Below, one piece after another: positions 64,000-64,000 of a stretch of 64,000 bases of DNA. The stretch comes from a virus. Lineage: Duplodnaviria > Heunggongvirae > Uroviricota > Caudoviricetes. A program made the translations under genes and the position numbers. Numbering within the stretch: position 1 is the stretch's first letter; each line of letters starts with the position of its first letter. The stretch lies in the IMG/VR virus record IMGVR_UViG_3300010369_000001; one strand, written 5' to 3'. A model generated the notes under the pieces. The model had not been told where the DNA came from, did not search any database, and was given only the letters and a program-made list of their open reading frames with translations.

Positions 64000-64000
64000 A

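Overview
This 64-kb window looks like part of a large virulent dsDNA bacteriophage genome. Genes are tightly packed and almost all on the minus strand, with typical start/stop overlaps (ATGA at 18274-18277, TAGTG at 2746-2750). Only the GIY-YIG gene at 33418..34155 and the ORF at 62500..63639 are on the plus strand. The ORF track uses non-ATG starts in places: TTG at 1795, 9461 and 60251, GTG at 2748 and 18732. I moved a few starts to the nearest ATG with better context and say so in the evidence. The window holds the replication, recombination and nucleotide-metabolism module plus a large terminase. Accessory genes I can support include a Thg1-like tRNA 5'-end polymerase beside a HAD phosphatase and a T7-like DNA ligase, a CsrA homologue in an HNH-flanked cassette, an 815-aa GHKL/MORC-like ATPase, a NadV/NatV NAD+ salvage pair, a Clp_N protein, an SPFH protein, secreted CAP-domain and Tat-signal proteins, AT-hook proteins, and four homing endonucleases. 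Full coordinates and evidence are in the feature list. About half the ORFs have no recognisable family. I found no rRNA, tRNA or CRISPR.
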